From: Curvularia clavata
Lineage: Eukaryota
Assembly (NCBI GenBank): GCA_023920165.1
Contig: CP089280.1
Span: 930,001-994,000, forward strand
DNA length: 64,000 bases
Reading direction: 5' to 3'
Shown: one piece after another, positions 24,172 to 35,270 of the stretch
Numbering within the stretch: position 1 is the stretch's first letter
How the letters are laid out: each line of letters starts with the position of its first letter
The notes under the pieces: generated by a model
Told to the model about the DNA's origin: nothing
Seen by the model: only the letters and a program-made list of their open reading frames with translations
Databases searched by the model: none
Translations under genes and position numbers: made by a program

Positions 24172-26565
24172 ATGGCTCTCTCCAATGTCACCACCACATT
24201 CACAGGCCCAGGGAACGATGGGTTGCAGGTCGGCTACAACTCTGGCTCTATCCAGACGCACATCCACGCTCCTGGTAAGTGCCTGCCCCCTCCCGCTCCG
24301 ACTAACACGTTGCTCACGGGCTCTTCTGTACAGAACGCCCCGAGACTCCACCACAGCCCTCGTGCTTTGTGCCCTTCCGCCGCGACCCTGACTTTATCGA
24401 CCGTGGCACACTGCTTGACCAGATTCGCCAACGATGCGCTGCGCCAGCATCTCGCATCGCGCTGGTTGGCCTCGGCGGGGTGGGGTAGGTTTAGTGGGAG
24501 AGCATCAAACTAGTGCTCGCATGTCGCATGTCGTCGCATCTGACGTAGACACAGAAAGTCGCAGCTGGCTATCGAATACTGCTATCGCACCGCCAAACAG
24601 TCGCCAGACACGTGGGTGTTCTGGGCGCACGCGAGCAACACCGCGCGACTTGAACAGAGCTTCCGGGAAATCGCCGACCAGATTAAAGCTCGCGGACGGA
24701 AAGACCCGCAAGTAGACGTATTTAAGCTAGTGCACGACTGGCTGCGCGATGTAAGGAACGGACAATGGCTGCTAGTACTAGATAATGCCGACGATCCTGG
24801 TGTGCTCTCTCCGACCGATGGCAGCAGTGGTCTCCAACAACACCTGTCGAGGTATCTGCCTTCGAGCAGGCATGGTGCTGTTCTTGTGACGAGTCGGACT
24901 AAGCGAGCAGCGATGCAGATTGTAGAGGATATCGACATTATATCGATCGAGCCAATGCACGATACAGCTGCACACATTCTGCTCCGCAAGAAGCTAGAAG
25001 GCGTAGACGAGAAAGACGACAATATTGCAGAGCTAGCCACAACGCTCGATTACATGCCGCTTGCTCTCGTACAGGCAGCAGCATACATTCGAGAGCGAGC
25101 GCCACGATGTTCCGTAAAGCAATACCTTGAGGAGTACCAGCAGAGCGACCGTAGAAAGACGAGTCTGCTAAACCGGGAAGCGGGTCATCTCCGCCGAGAC
25201 GCAGCAGCCAGCAACTCTGTCCTAATCACGTGGCAGATCTCGTTCGACCACATACGCAGCACAAGACAGTCAGCAGCAGGCCTACTATCACTAATGAGCT
25301 TCTTTGACCGACAGGGGATCCAAGAAGCTCTACTACGCCGCCAGAGCAGCGCAGCAGACGACGGATTTGAAGAGGATGTGCTAGCCCTGCGAGACTACTC
25401 GTTCATCAAGGTAACTAGAGATGCAGACACATTCGAGATGCACAGCTTAGTACAGCTAGCGACGCGCACGTGGCTTGAAAACGAAGGACAGCTAGACAAG
25501 TGGAGGGAGCAGTTTATCTCGAACTTATGCGCACAGTTACCGACGGGAGAATACGAAAACTGGGAGAAGTGTCAGATACTATTCCCACACACACGAGTGG
25601 CATTAGAACAGAAGCCAAATAATATAGAGTCACTAAAGGAGTGGGCGCTGTTGCTGTTCAAGGCGGCATGGTACGCGTGGAACCGGGGAAGAGTAGGTGA
25701 GGCAGAGGAGATGGCGATAATGTCAATGGAGGTTAGGAGTGAAGTGCTTGGGCAAAAAGATGTAGGAACTCTAGATAGTATGGGAATGGTAGGGCTAGTT
25801 AGAGAGCTTATGGGCAAGTATGGGGAGGCAGAGTCGATAAACCGCCAGGCACTGGCGGGATATGAGAAGGTACTTGGGTATAATCACCCAGACACGCTAG
25901 CGAGTATGAACAACTTAGCTCAAGTACTAGACAAACAGGGCAAGTACGAAGAAGCAGAGACGATGCACCGCCAAGCACTGGCGCGAAAGGAGAATGTACT
26001 TGGGTATGAGCACCCAAGCACACTGAACAGTATGGGCAACTTAGCAACAGTACTAGACAGCCAGGGCAAGTACGAAGAGGCAGAGGCAATGCATAGGCAG
26101 ACGCTGGTGCTAAGTAAGAAGGTGCTTAAACATAATCATCCAGATACCCTAACGAGCATGAGTAATTTAGCAGTTTTACTAGACAGGCAGGGAAAGTACA
26201 AAGAGGCGGAGATGATTAATAGAGAGACACTGGCGCTGAGCGAGAAGGTGCTTGGGCATGAGCATCCAGACACTCTGATGAGCATATACTGTCTTGCCTG
26301 TCTTCTTACAAATCGGCGCTTCTACAAAGAGTCTTTTACTCTGTTCGAGAGAGCATGCGCTGGGTACGAAGCTGTGCTTGGGAAGGATCACCCAACTACG
26401 CGCTCGTGTTATCAAAGTTACGCTGACGCGCGAGAGGAGCACCAGCTTGCTATTTCCTCTACAATTTCGGACAGCAGCACACGTGCAAATGCAGGCAAAC
26501 AGTCAAAGCTGCTACGGGGGCTAGCAAAGATAGGCATTAGGAGCTCAAAGAGGCCTGTGAGATGA
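24172..26565 (+). CDS. Fungal NLR: N-terminal PP amyloid motif, NB-ARC, TPR repeats (PNT1-like architecture)
   Basis: Exons 24172-24274, 24334-24484, 24555-26565. Exon 1 is MALSNVTTTFTGPGNDGLQVGYNSGSIQTHIHAP. P-loop GLGGVGKS spans intron 2; Walker B WLLVLDNADD; VLVTSR; YMPLAL; MHSLVQ; 42-aa TPRs (VLGxxHPDTL). Confidence 0.93.
25687..26420 (+). repeat. TPR-encoding tandem repeat, 126-bp period
   Basis: GKY[EGK]EAE units begin at 25813, 25939, 26065 and 26191, with degenerate units on either side. Confidence 0.9.
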
Positions 26566-27015
26566 AGAGGAGCAAGCATGTATATTTCTACTACGTTCTA
26601 CAAACTCCTGTTTCGCTAGAGCTCATGTAATTTATCACATATACCTATCCTAGTACTATCCGCTCTAAAACAGGCTCCCACAGAGTCGTGAAGCGTTGTG
26701 GAGCGTTGTCAAAGTAGCTGGTCATTCAAACTCGAGCGAGTCATGATTACTATGCCGAATTACTGGCTACGCGGCTCTGCTCATGCTACGCCAGATGAAG
26801 GGTAGATCTTACATTACCGACGTGAAAGGATAGTATATCGCGACAACACTGTATTTCTACGCTTCGAGAAAGAAAATCGTATTGAGTCAAATCCGCAATA
26901 ACGCCGCGCCATTTGATGCACTATGTACTCCCCTACGCCAATTTTTATGCAACTCTAAGCTGACAGTGCCTTTGGCCCTAGGACGAGCCGATACAAATCA
27001 TCGAAATCGAAACCC

Positions 27016-28551
27016 TTACAGTTCGTAGTCATCCTCCTCATCGTAATCCTCGTCGATCTCAATCTTGCGAACAATATGGAGCGAATCACGGCGCTCAGGT
27101 GAAAGTTCTTCAGGTGCTGAGGTGGAATCCATCTGGTCACTGACACCTGTGGAGATGGAGGCATCTGCGTCTTTTTTCTCTGCCTCCTGGTTCTGTTCAG
27201 CATTCGGCGTCGGCTCAGGCTCCTCCTTAGATACCTCCGTATCTCGAATCTGTTCTTCTGGCGCTGGAGAAGCTACAGCACAATCATTCGGATCGTAAGC
27301 TCCGGCAAGCTCCAGAAGCGATTCTTCGTCCTCGCTGAGCTTCTGCTGACTCGAAAACGGCACTGTTGAGGTTTCGTCTCCATGGAACGAAGTCGTGATC
27401 GAAGTCTTTCTTGGCCGCTTACGGGCGGGAGCATCTTCTTCGCCGTCTTCACTACCGTGTTCCGCATCATAGGCCATCTCAAGGACTCGGCTTGGTGGAC
27501 CGAATGCACGCTTAGCACGTCCAGTCGCGCGTACAGCTTTGGCCTCAGCAGACTGGTCGCTGCGCCATCGTACCATAGTTGGGGCCCTCCCTGCGTCGTA
27601 AAGAGGCTTGTAAGTAGTATATTCATACCTCACGCTTTCCACAGTTCGGCCAGTAGAAAGATTGGCGAAACCGAAGCCTGTCTCAATGGTAAAGTCTTTG
27701 TTCATGAACCTCTCGTTGTGCCACTCAGTGAGGTCCCAAATGGATGCATCTGGATCCTCTCGGAGAAGTGCGGCTAGGTACTCTCGCTCAATGCGGGTCC
27801 AGGGCGCGTCCATTGTCGTCCGGTCGATGGCTTGGTAACGACGGTCGTTAAGGGCCTTGATTGACTGCATGTTGTTCCAATCTTTGGGCTTCTTCCCATA
27901 GCAGTACACTGTGGGAGTCTTCTTCGGCGTAGGATCTTTCTTGCTCTTTGGTCGCATGTCCATCATTTTGACCACGAGAAGGTCTTCCTGGTCAAGGTTT
28001 GCCTCAAGTTCTTCCACATTACCGGGTGCGATTGGGCCGAAGTACTTTACGAAACGGGACCCACGCTTGTAGCGGTAGCCCCGATCCTCCCATAACGGCG
28101 GATTGGTTTGGCCGTTGCTTTCCCGAGCAGAAGGCTGAACAGGATCTGGGCGAGGCCCGCCGGGCGAAGGCTTGCAACCCCAGAATGGGTTGTTTTGAGG
28201 CACTGTGATGTTGTGCTTGAAGTGGGCGAAGCCGTCACTGACGGGTGACTTCTTCGTCTTGGATTCTTGGCTTTTGAAATCTTTGTCGGATTTCTTGGTA
28301 GATGTAGCAGCGACGTCTTCGTTGTTTGATATTTCGACCTTATTGGCTTGTACATGGGTCGGGGAATTGAGAATAGACCATTCAGAATTCGAACTTTCAC
28401 AAGTCTGCACTGTTTCAGTAGCCTGGGAAACGTTTTCGAGGACACTTTCAGGCACTGGCGAGGCCTTGGTCTCATGACTCTCGTCTCCGATTTTTTGTTT
28501 CTTGGTAGGATGGTCATCCATAAGTGGAGAGTCAGCAGCCCGCTTAGACAT
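27016..28551 (-). CDS. Hypothetical nuclear protein with possible Myb/SANT-like segment
   Basis: 511-aa ORF. NLS-like PTKKQK and RKRPRK, APWTRIEREYLAALL...HNERF...GRTVESVRYEY, and an acidic tail. Confidence 0.75.
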   Translation of the reverse strand: MSKRAADSPLMDDHPTKKQKIGDESHETKASPVPESVLENVSQATETVQTCESSNSEWSILNSPTHVQANKVEISNNEDVAATSTKKSDKDFKSQESKTKKSPVSDGFAHFKHNITVPQNNPFWGCKPSPGGPRPDPVQPSARESNGQTNPPLWEDRGYRYKRGSRFVKYFGPIAPGNVEELEANLDQEDLLVVKMMDMRPKSKKDPTPKKTPTVYCYGKKPKDWNNMQSIKALNDRRYQAIDRTTMDAPWTRIEREYLAALLREDPDASIWDLTEWHNERFMNKDFTIETGFGFANLSTGRTVESVRYEYTTYKPLYDAGRAPTMVRWRSDQSAEAKAVRATGRAKRAFGPPSRVLEMAYDAEHGSEDGEEDAPARKRPRKTSITTSFHGDETSTVPFSSQQKLSEDEESLLELAGAYDPNDCAVASPAPEEQIRDTEVSKEEPEPTPNAEQNQEAEKKDADASISTGVSDQMDSTSAPEELSPERRDSLHIVRKIEIDEDYDEEDDYEL

Positions 28552-29929
28552 CTTTGCTATCGATAGAGGTATTCGATTTTGAGACGGAATGTGAATAGTG
28601 AGGCAAGGATACTTCGAGATTGGGTGACTAAAGTCTGTAGACTGACGGGATGATGATGTGCAGAGTCCCCGACCGATGCGTCTCTCCTGTTCCTATGGGC
28701 AATAGAATTGAAGATGGTTTCTTTTAGTTTCTTTTGGGTATTTCGGCTTTTTGTCGCAATATTAAGTGTCAATGGAGAGTTAAGTACGCCTGAGAATGGC
28801 TACTATGTATTGGGGTGAGTGACAGGTCGCTCTTAGTAGGAAGACGACGCATTAACAGTGCCGCCTGATAATTAAGAGGCATCACTGTTCGTTTGATTGC
28901 CTTTGAATGCAGATTGAGATGTCACTTCAACAAAGCCCAGGAAACAGTATAGCAATCGCAGTTCAACAATGTCCGTATAAAACAAAGAAAAAACAATGTC
29001 ATTTTCGCGTCGCAACACCTCGACCCGCCCCTCACAAAGCCGCCTTCTTTTGAGCGAGAGCTATTCAATCAAAAGTAATGCTGCCATTGTAAATGACCAC
29101 ATCCGTGTTCGCTCCAGGAAGTGGCAATCAGGAAGACCGAATACTTCATGGTTCGCAAATGGTTCAGTTTGATACAGGTCAATTCCACAAACGCTTGATG
29201 CCCGAATTGTGATTGCAATATTCTCACACGATCCTACTAGATATATCCTCAAAGTATGACATGAACAGTTGTCAGATGAGAGGCTTGTGAGATGAATGAC
29301 AGGTAGTCAGCATAGTGTAACATTGATTTTGAAGCGAAGCTGTAGCATTTTGAGGCTCTCTTATGTATTGTAGCCATCACATATTGGCGTGCGCTGTCTT
29401 CCGTTAGCCTCAGCCTTGTCTTGGGGGTTAAATAGAGCCGCGAACAAGATCAGTTTCCTGTTTTGCACCTCGTATTTTGCCTCTATCTAGCACTGCCACC
29501 TCCATTTCACATCGACACTTTTCGTCTTGGCATGACCATCGGAGGAGTGGTTGGGCGCCTGATGCGAGGGACGAAGTCAGGATAGAACTGGCGCGTCTCT
29601 CAACTACATTCTCGCCAAACTGAGGGTATCAGTTGGAAGTGGTGTTGTATTGATTAGAAGCGGGGTAGCTGTGTGTCCAATCGAATACCTAGGTACCTTC
29701 CTATATCACTCAGCTGAAGAGAAGGCTGTGAGTGCCAACATGCTGCTGCACTGCCACCGTCGCCGCCATGCAAAATGGAAGTTAAAAAGGAGGAAGCCGC
29801 TCAACCTGAACCTCGAAGTTTTACTAACGACCATCCCTACATACCGGGACGCACGGTGTAACGGGATAATTTTGGCTTCGGAGGCTCGCTGTATCCAATC
29901 TGTATGTGGATCGACTTATACTCGGTGTA

Positions 29930-30700
29930 TTAATGTTCTAAAGCTAGTTTTTCCCTAGAGTATTAGTTAGCTCTAGTACGAGTTCTTGCTATGTTACTTT
30001 TGCTGTTGATTATCTTGTTAACGTTATTAATAGACTCCTTGTTAATATTCTTCTACCTATTTATAATACGGAATGTCTCTAAAAACATTAGACGTTCTAT
30101 TTGAAGGTAGAACTAGGAAAGAACAGACCTCTAAGATCTAAAGGGTATTTGAGCCTAATAAGTGTATATCCAGCAGTTTCACTGATGTAAACGATGATCG
30201 CTAAAAGTATGCTAGCGCGTTTAAATCTATTAGTGTCTCTTGGTATGCAGGCTGCCTGTAGTAGCGTGCTTAGATGTTGCTGTATGCTATTGTACAGAAT
30301 TTAACGCTGTGTCTGTATAAGAATAGTCATGGCGTACGCCGGCGGCTGTCTAGAAGCCTCTACAGCTAGTTGCTCAGACTCACTGTTGCCGCGCGACTTT
30401 GGCCGCTAACGCTATTTGCGCTGCCTGATATGTCTACTATACATCTATACGAGTAGATGCGCTATCGACAGTAGTAAGATGATGGCTGCGTTACGATTAC
30501 TAGCTTTAGTGATAACGCGATACTTCTTATGCGATAGTTTTAAACACTGGAGAAGTAGACACAGAGGAGTAGGGTCTAGGTCTCAGATATCTACCAACCT
30601 CTTCTATCTGCGTGCTCATAAAAAGATCGATCTAATTTTCTCTACACGTGTTGAAGTAGCAAAAGCTAAATAGCAAAAGTCTTACACTATTGCGTTGATT
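29930..30700. other. AT/TpA-rich RIP-like degenerate tract
   Basis: Dense CTAG/TAG/TAA (e.g. ctagagtattagttagctctagta) with no intact coding frame. Judged by eye; indices not computed. Confidence 0.5.
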
Positions 30701-30714
30701 GCTTTTTCTATCTG

Positions 30715-31890
30715 TCAGGCATCATCCCAACTAAGTACCGTCAATATCAACATCAGTAAAGCGACGATAAAGCTTCCAGCGCCGAATATTACCTCCCAGC
30801 TGACCCCGAAAAGTTTTCCTCCAATTGCTACAGAAAGGAGGACACCCAGAAATACACCCAGGCATTTTCTAGGACACCACGCAGTCTCAACATACAAGCC
30901 ATCTAGTTCCAGATATCTGTTCTGCGGTCTGAACTCGTTGACTGGCAAACTGATGTTTCTGGTGATATTGATGTTAGTTAAATATCATAGCATATGTATC
31001 TAAGACTTACCTATAGTGATGAATGAAGCGATGGTTACTCAAGCCATTGAGAATGTTTTGAGAGCTTGCACCGGGTGGATCGCGAAAGTAGCAAGAAAGG
31101 AAAGATGCGGTTTTAATCCAAAGTATCTGATCGTTGCATCTGTCCCATTCCTGGAAAGGGCAGGTTGCAACACCAGACAATTTCGAAGAGTTGGTTGGGC
31201 AATCACTGTTGCAATGATTATATTCCCCAGAGCTGTCGCGATAGCAGTAATCCGGAAAATCGGTCGAATCGAAGTCTGCTATTAAATCAATAGTTTTTGC
31301 CGCTTCTTCCTGTTGTTCAGAATAACTCTTGTGAAATTTGTCCAGGTCTAAAGGCTCAACGAAGGCTAAGAATCTTTTCGAGCCAGAGTCACGGCAGTTT
31401 AATCGAAACTATGTTTAAATTTTAGTCTAGATAGGCACGCTATGAGACGGTGGGAACATACAGTGACGGGCTTAATTCTACTGAATCTTCGGAAGAAAAA
31501 CCACCTTCTTAAGAAGCCAAGTTCTTCATCATACTTCTTTTTTAATGAACCGAAGATTTCATGCTCATTTTCAACGTCGGTAACTGGAACATCCACCGCC
31601 CAGGTTCTGAAGCTTTCGGAGTTTTTAGAACCCCATAGCAAGAATACACAGCTCGCACCGTCTTTCTTCTCAGTTTCCTCCTGGAAGTAAGTGAAAATGG
31701 AGTTTTTGGGCAAGTTGGACGTCTCCCGTAAAACTTCGTACATAGCCTGTTGCCGTCTTCTTTTCTTAGATCTCTTCAGGACGTTGTGTAGAACAGGCTG
31801 GAACCCGGTCGCTCCCACAGCGATTCTTTCTGAGTGTTTAACTCGGGCTCTTTCTGGTCGTGATGGAAGGTCTACTAGCGGAGATGACAT
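30715..31890 (-). CDS. Orphan protein with two C-terminal transmembrane helices
   Basis: Three exons, 31890-31462, 31408-31011 and 30958-30715, with canonical GT-AG introns of 53 and 52 nt, splice to a stop-free frame. Cys-rich middle exon; ends CLGVFLGVLLSVAIGGKLFGVSWEVIFGAGSFIVALLMLILTVLSWDDA. Confidence 0.75.
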
Positions 31891-32149
31891 AGAGTAAATT
31901 AGGGTTGATAAAGACGATTGAAGACAAAGAGCTTGTAAATTCGCAGTATTACAAGACACAGCAACTTATACAAATGACAATTAGGCAAAACTGCTTTCTA
32001 AGGCTGTTGCTGTTGTTCCAGCGCAACGGATCTAGGCAGACGCACTGCCCGTCTGTGGCGGAGTAAGGCTGATTTTGACATAATCTATAACGTATTATCT
32101 GATTGGTCTATTTTTCTATCGTCTCTGTCTCATAGACGTGGGTGGGATA

Positions 32150-32730
32150 CGTACAGGTATTTGGGCTATTTTTGCAGCATACAAAGCTAGTTTATCACTG
32201 CTACTCAGTAGATCCTAAGCGTTATAATCATGTTGCTTGCAGGGTTAGTGCGGGCAGATTAAATATATAGTTAGTTAATCACAGACGCTTACGAAAAGTT
32301 GTAGGCATGCGCCACATCTGTGTTTGGCAGCTTCTGTTATGGGCATAGTGTCAAATTTCTTACGGTTGAACATATATATCTGAGCACGCTACTGCAGATT
32401 GCCTGCTACTAACAGTGCATGTCTTAGAGGACGCGTTCTGACGAGGTTGCTATCTACGCGGAGAAACTACTAGAATGTATACTTATTGCTCTAAATCAAC
32501 TTGTTAATACTGCAGTCTTAATCTTTGATATCCTAGTTTTCTTTTTAGCCTACCGAGCTGTTTGCAGAAGTATACAATCGCGAAAGAGCAGGGGGTATTA
32601 GAAGAGAGTTAGTTGACAGCATCAATAGAACGAGCGATAGCACGGTCAACAACGCGCTTTTTAGCATCGGCAGCCAGTATTCTAGGAGAGCAAGCGCTCT
32701 AGAGTAGATGCGCATTGCGCTTGTCCATAT
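32150..32730 (-). pseudogene. RIP-like decayed coding remnant, unknown family
   Basis: Frame MDKRNAHLL*SACSPRILAADAKKRVVDRAIARSIDAVN*LSS.. is interrupted only by TAG/TAA stops in a TpA-rich context. Confidence 0.35.
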
Positions 32731-32871
32731 ACAAGCATGTTGCGGGTAGACCAAGGGTCCGGAAGAGAAAGTGTCCCGTTACACCGTGCGTCCCGGCATA
32801 TAGGGATGGACGTCATGGGAAATTTCTTGATCATTATCCTCAAAGCAGGCCCCTAGACTTTACCCTGCATT

Positions 32872-34100
32872 ATGGCCGAAGTTGTCGGAACGATCGCGGG
32901 TGCCATCACCTTAGCCTCTGTACTCGAAGCTTGCCTCAACGCAATCGATCTATTCCACAAAAGGCGGATTAGGACCTGAAGAGGCTTCTTGTCCGTTTGA
33001 ATATGAACGATAGCGATTGTACACTTTGGGAGAAAGTCCACCAAAGATCCCGGTTCAGGGAAAAGGTGCGTTCTTGAACTTGCGACATGTAAAGAGTTGG
33101 TCAAGGACACCTTGGAGGCGATGGAACGATTATTCCAGGATTTGGAAAAGTTTCAGGTGAGATATGGGTGTAAAGAGGTCAAAGAGACCTTGAGTCGGCG
33201 AAAATCCACTGGTTTGGATGACTCCGATCCAATGAACGATCTAGCAGCCTCGTTCCCACACTTTTACGTTCCGGAAACCTCCAACACTCTATCAAAACCT
33301 CAGCGAACCAAGGTTCTCACAAAAGTTCGATGGGCCATCTATGGCCGGAAAAAGTTCGATGGGCTGATTCGAGAAGTCAAAGACCTGGTTGAGGGTCTTC
33401 AAAATATCACGGATTCCATCTTCGCTACGTCCCGCCAAGGCGGAATGCTTCGTTTTGGAATTCAGCAGATCAAGAACTTGGATACGTTAGAGATAATATC
33501 GGCTGCATGTGAAGAGGACTATCCCGATATCTCTGATGCTGCGACTGTCAAGATGGATGTCATGACTGTTGGAAATTTCCAGAGTCAGGATGTCCAGGAT
33601 TGGCTTGATGGGACTCAAGAGGCTGGAGATGATTCTATTCTTCAAACAGTTCCAAAGCCTAACCCCGGTAGCGACAGCAAAAACAGTCTAAATGCAATAA
33701 TGTGTGAATATTTCCTTAAAAAGGGCTACACAGACGCAAGAGCAGTTCTGATAGCTGAGACGTGGGCAGTGCCCGATACCAAGCCAGCCCAATCAGAAGC
33801 CAACACTGCCGTCGCGAAAAGAAAGCCAGATGCTGCCCAAGATAATACTACGAATGATCGAGCGAGTACAAGCTCAGGGAAGAGAAGGCGAGCCACTAGG
33901 CAGAGTAAGTATTTGGGCGTTATTTGCCCCTATCGTATCGCTAATTTATAGCCAGCTTCGCGAACTCCAGCTTCAACGCAGCACTCCTGAGGCACTGCAA
34001 CAGGTGCACATCATTCATATATCCTTTGGGTGCGAGTCTAGCTTATAAGCTAATGAACACTTGGTTCCTGACGGTTATGACGGGGTGTCGTTATACTTAG
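32872..34100 (+). pseudogene. Frameshifted HeLo-family gene with a LisH-like motif
   Basis: ATG 32872 MAEVVGTIAGAITLASVLEACLNAIDLF, then frameshifts and a stop (DLKRLLVRLN / RLYTLGE / ..ELVKDTLEAMERLFQD..RYG), KVRWAIYGRKKFDGLIREVKDLVEGL, later SLNAIMCEYFLKKGYTDARAVLIAE. Intron 33905-33951. Confidence 0.75.
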
Positions 34101-34988
34101 AAATAGGCATTACGGCTTTCCAAACCCCGAGAACCCGCCAAATTGGCTAAGGCTGCGATGCTGTTCAAGATGAGTAGCTAGTCTGATTTGATTCTAGATT
34201 TCTATTCTTATTATTTTGGGCCATGAGATTCCTATAGCGTAGCTGTGTTCTTAATTGGTTTTGTACTTTTTTTTGGAGGGCTGCTAGGGGTTGCTTGGCG
34301 CGATCTAGGTATCAATGACACCCTCCGATCTCCTCTACAAGATCGCTCACCCCATGCCTTTAGGAGACGTCACAAAATACATTTAGACAAAAAGCTTCGA
34401 TTAGAGAAAAGCACTAGCAGCTGCGCATTAGCTAAGATATAGTCTTACGATACAGTGATTGCCAATATCCATCCATCTGCGTTGTTAACTTCACACTAAT
34501 CACACCAGGATGGCGTCCATTTAAACACGCCTCTCATCTCTCAAACCTACAACAGTCACATGAGAGGGGCAGAATTACTTGGCCATCAACACCAGCCATG
34601 CCGTGGATAAGCCCAGAACCATGCATAAATGGGCAACCCTGATGTACGCCTCCTCGCAGTCGGCTATGCTGGACTGGATGACTGCGATTAATCCCGGATG
34701 TTGCTCCGACTGTCGGCGTCACATCGCAGGGCATCCACCCACGTATTACGGAATAAATCAAATGTGTTTACACCTTGATTACACCCCGGTTGAGTGACAT
34801 TCCACACGGCCGGCGTTGTGACGTCGCAAGGATGTCAAGCCGCGGACACTAGATCGCGGCGATCGATGATGAGATGATGGTAGTTGAATCGAATAGCGTC
34901 GACGGGCGGCCCGAAATGCTGGAACGAGATCGCGGCTAGCGCGATCGCCCGGGAACTGGTACCTGCATGACGATATTATGTTTCCTTT

Positions 34989-35270
34989 TCAGGTGGTCGA
35001 GACGTCGCTGGTTCGTCGACCTGATAACCTTCGATACCAGGTTCGCACCCTCCCGAAGATGGTGTCGAGCAGCGGCTCGTCGTCGGGAAATGGAGATAGG
35101 GCTTCGAGTACAGGTTGGTTGCGGTGCTGAAGATGTTCTTCGTCCATGCGGAGGAGGTCTGCATGGAACTGCTCCATCATGGATAGGGCTGGCGAGTATT
35201 CTGAGCTGAGGTGATTGGGAAGAGGCGGCGGAAAGGCCTCCTGGCCAGCATATGAGTGCTGAAAGTCCAT
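34989..35270 (-). CDS. Small hypothetical protein (93 aa)
   Basis: ATG in aaATGg context, TATAAA about 70 nt upstream, protein-like composition. No recognised domain. Confidence 0.4.
   Translation of the reverse strand: MDFQHSYAGQEAFPPPLPNHLSSEYSPALSMMEQFHADLLRMDEEHLQHRNQPVLEALSPFPDDEPLLDTIFGRVRTWYRRLSGRRTSDVSTT

Noticed and set aside
25687..26420. Regularly spaced repeats as a CRISPR-like array
   Set aside because: Coding 126-bp TPR units inside a eukaryotic ORF, with no repeat-spacer structure.
16100..34500. Starship or other giant transposon as the explanation for the island
   Set aside because: No tyrosine-recombinase captain gene or terminal repeats recognised, and the 5S copy at 50085 is uninterrupted.
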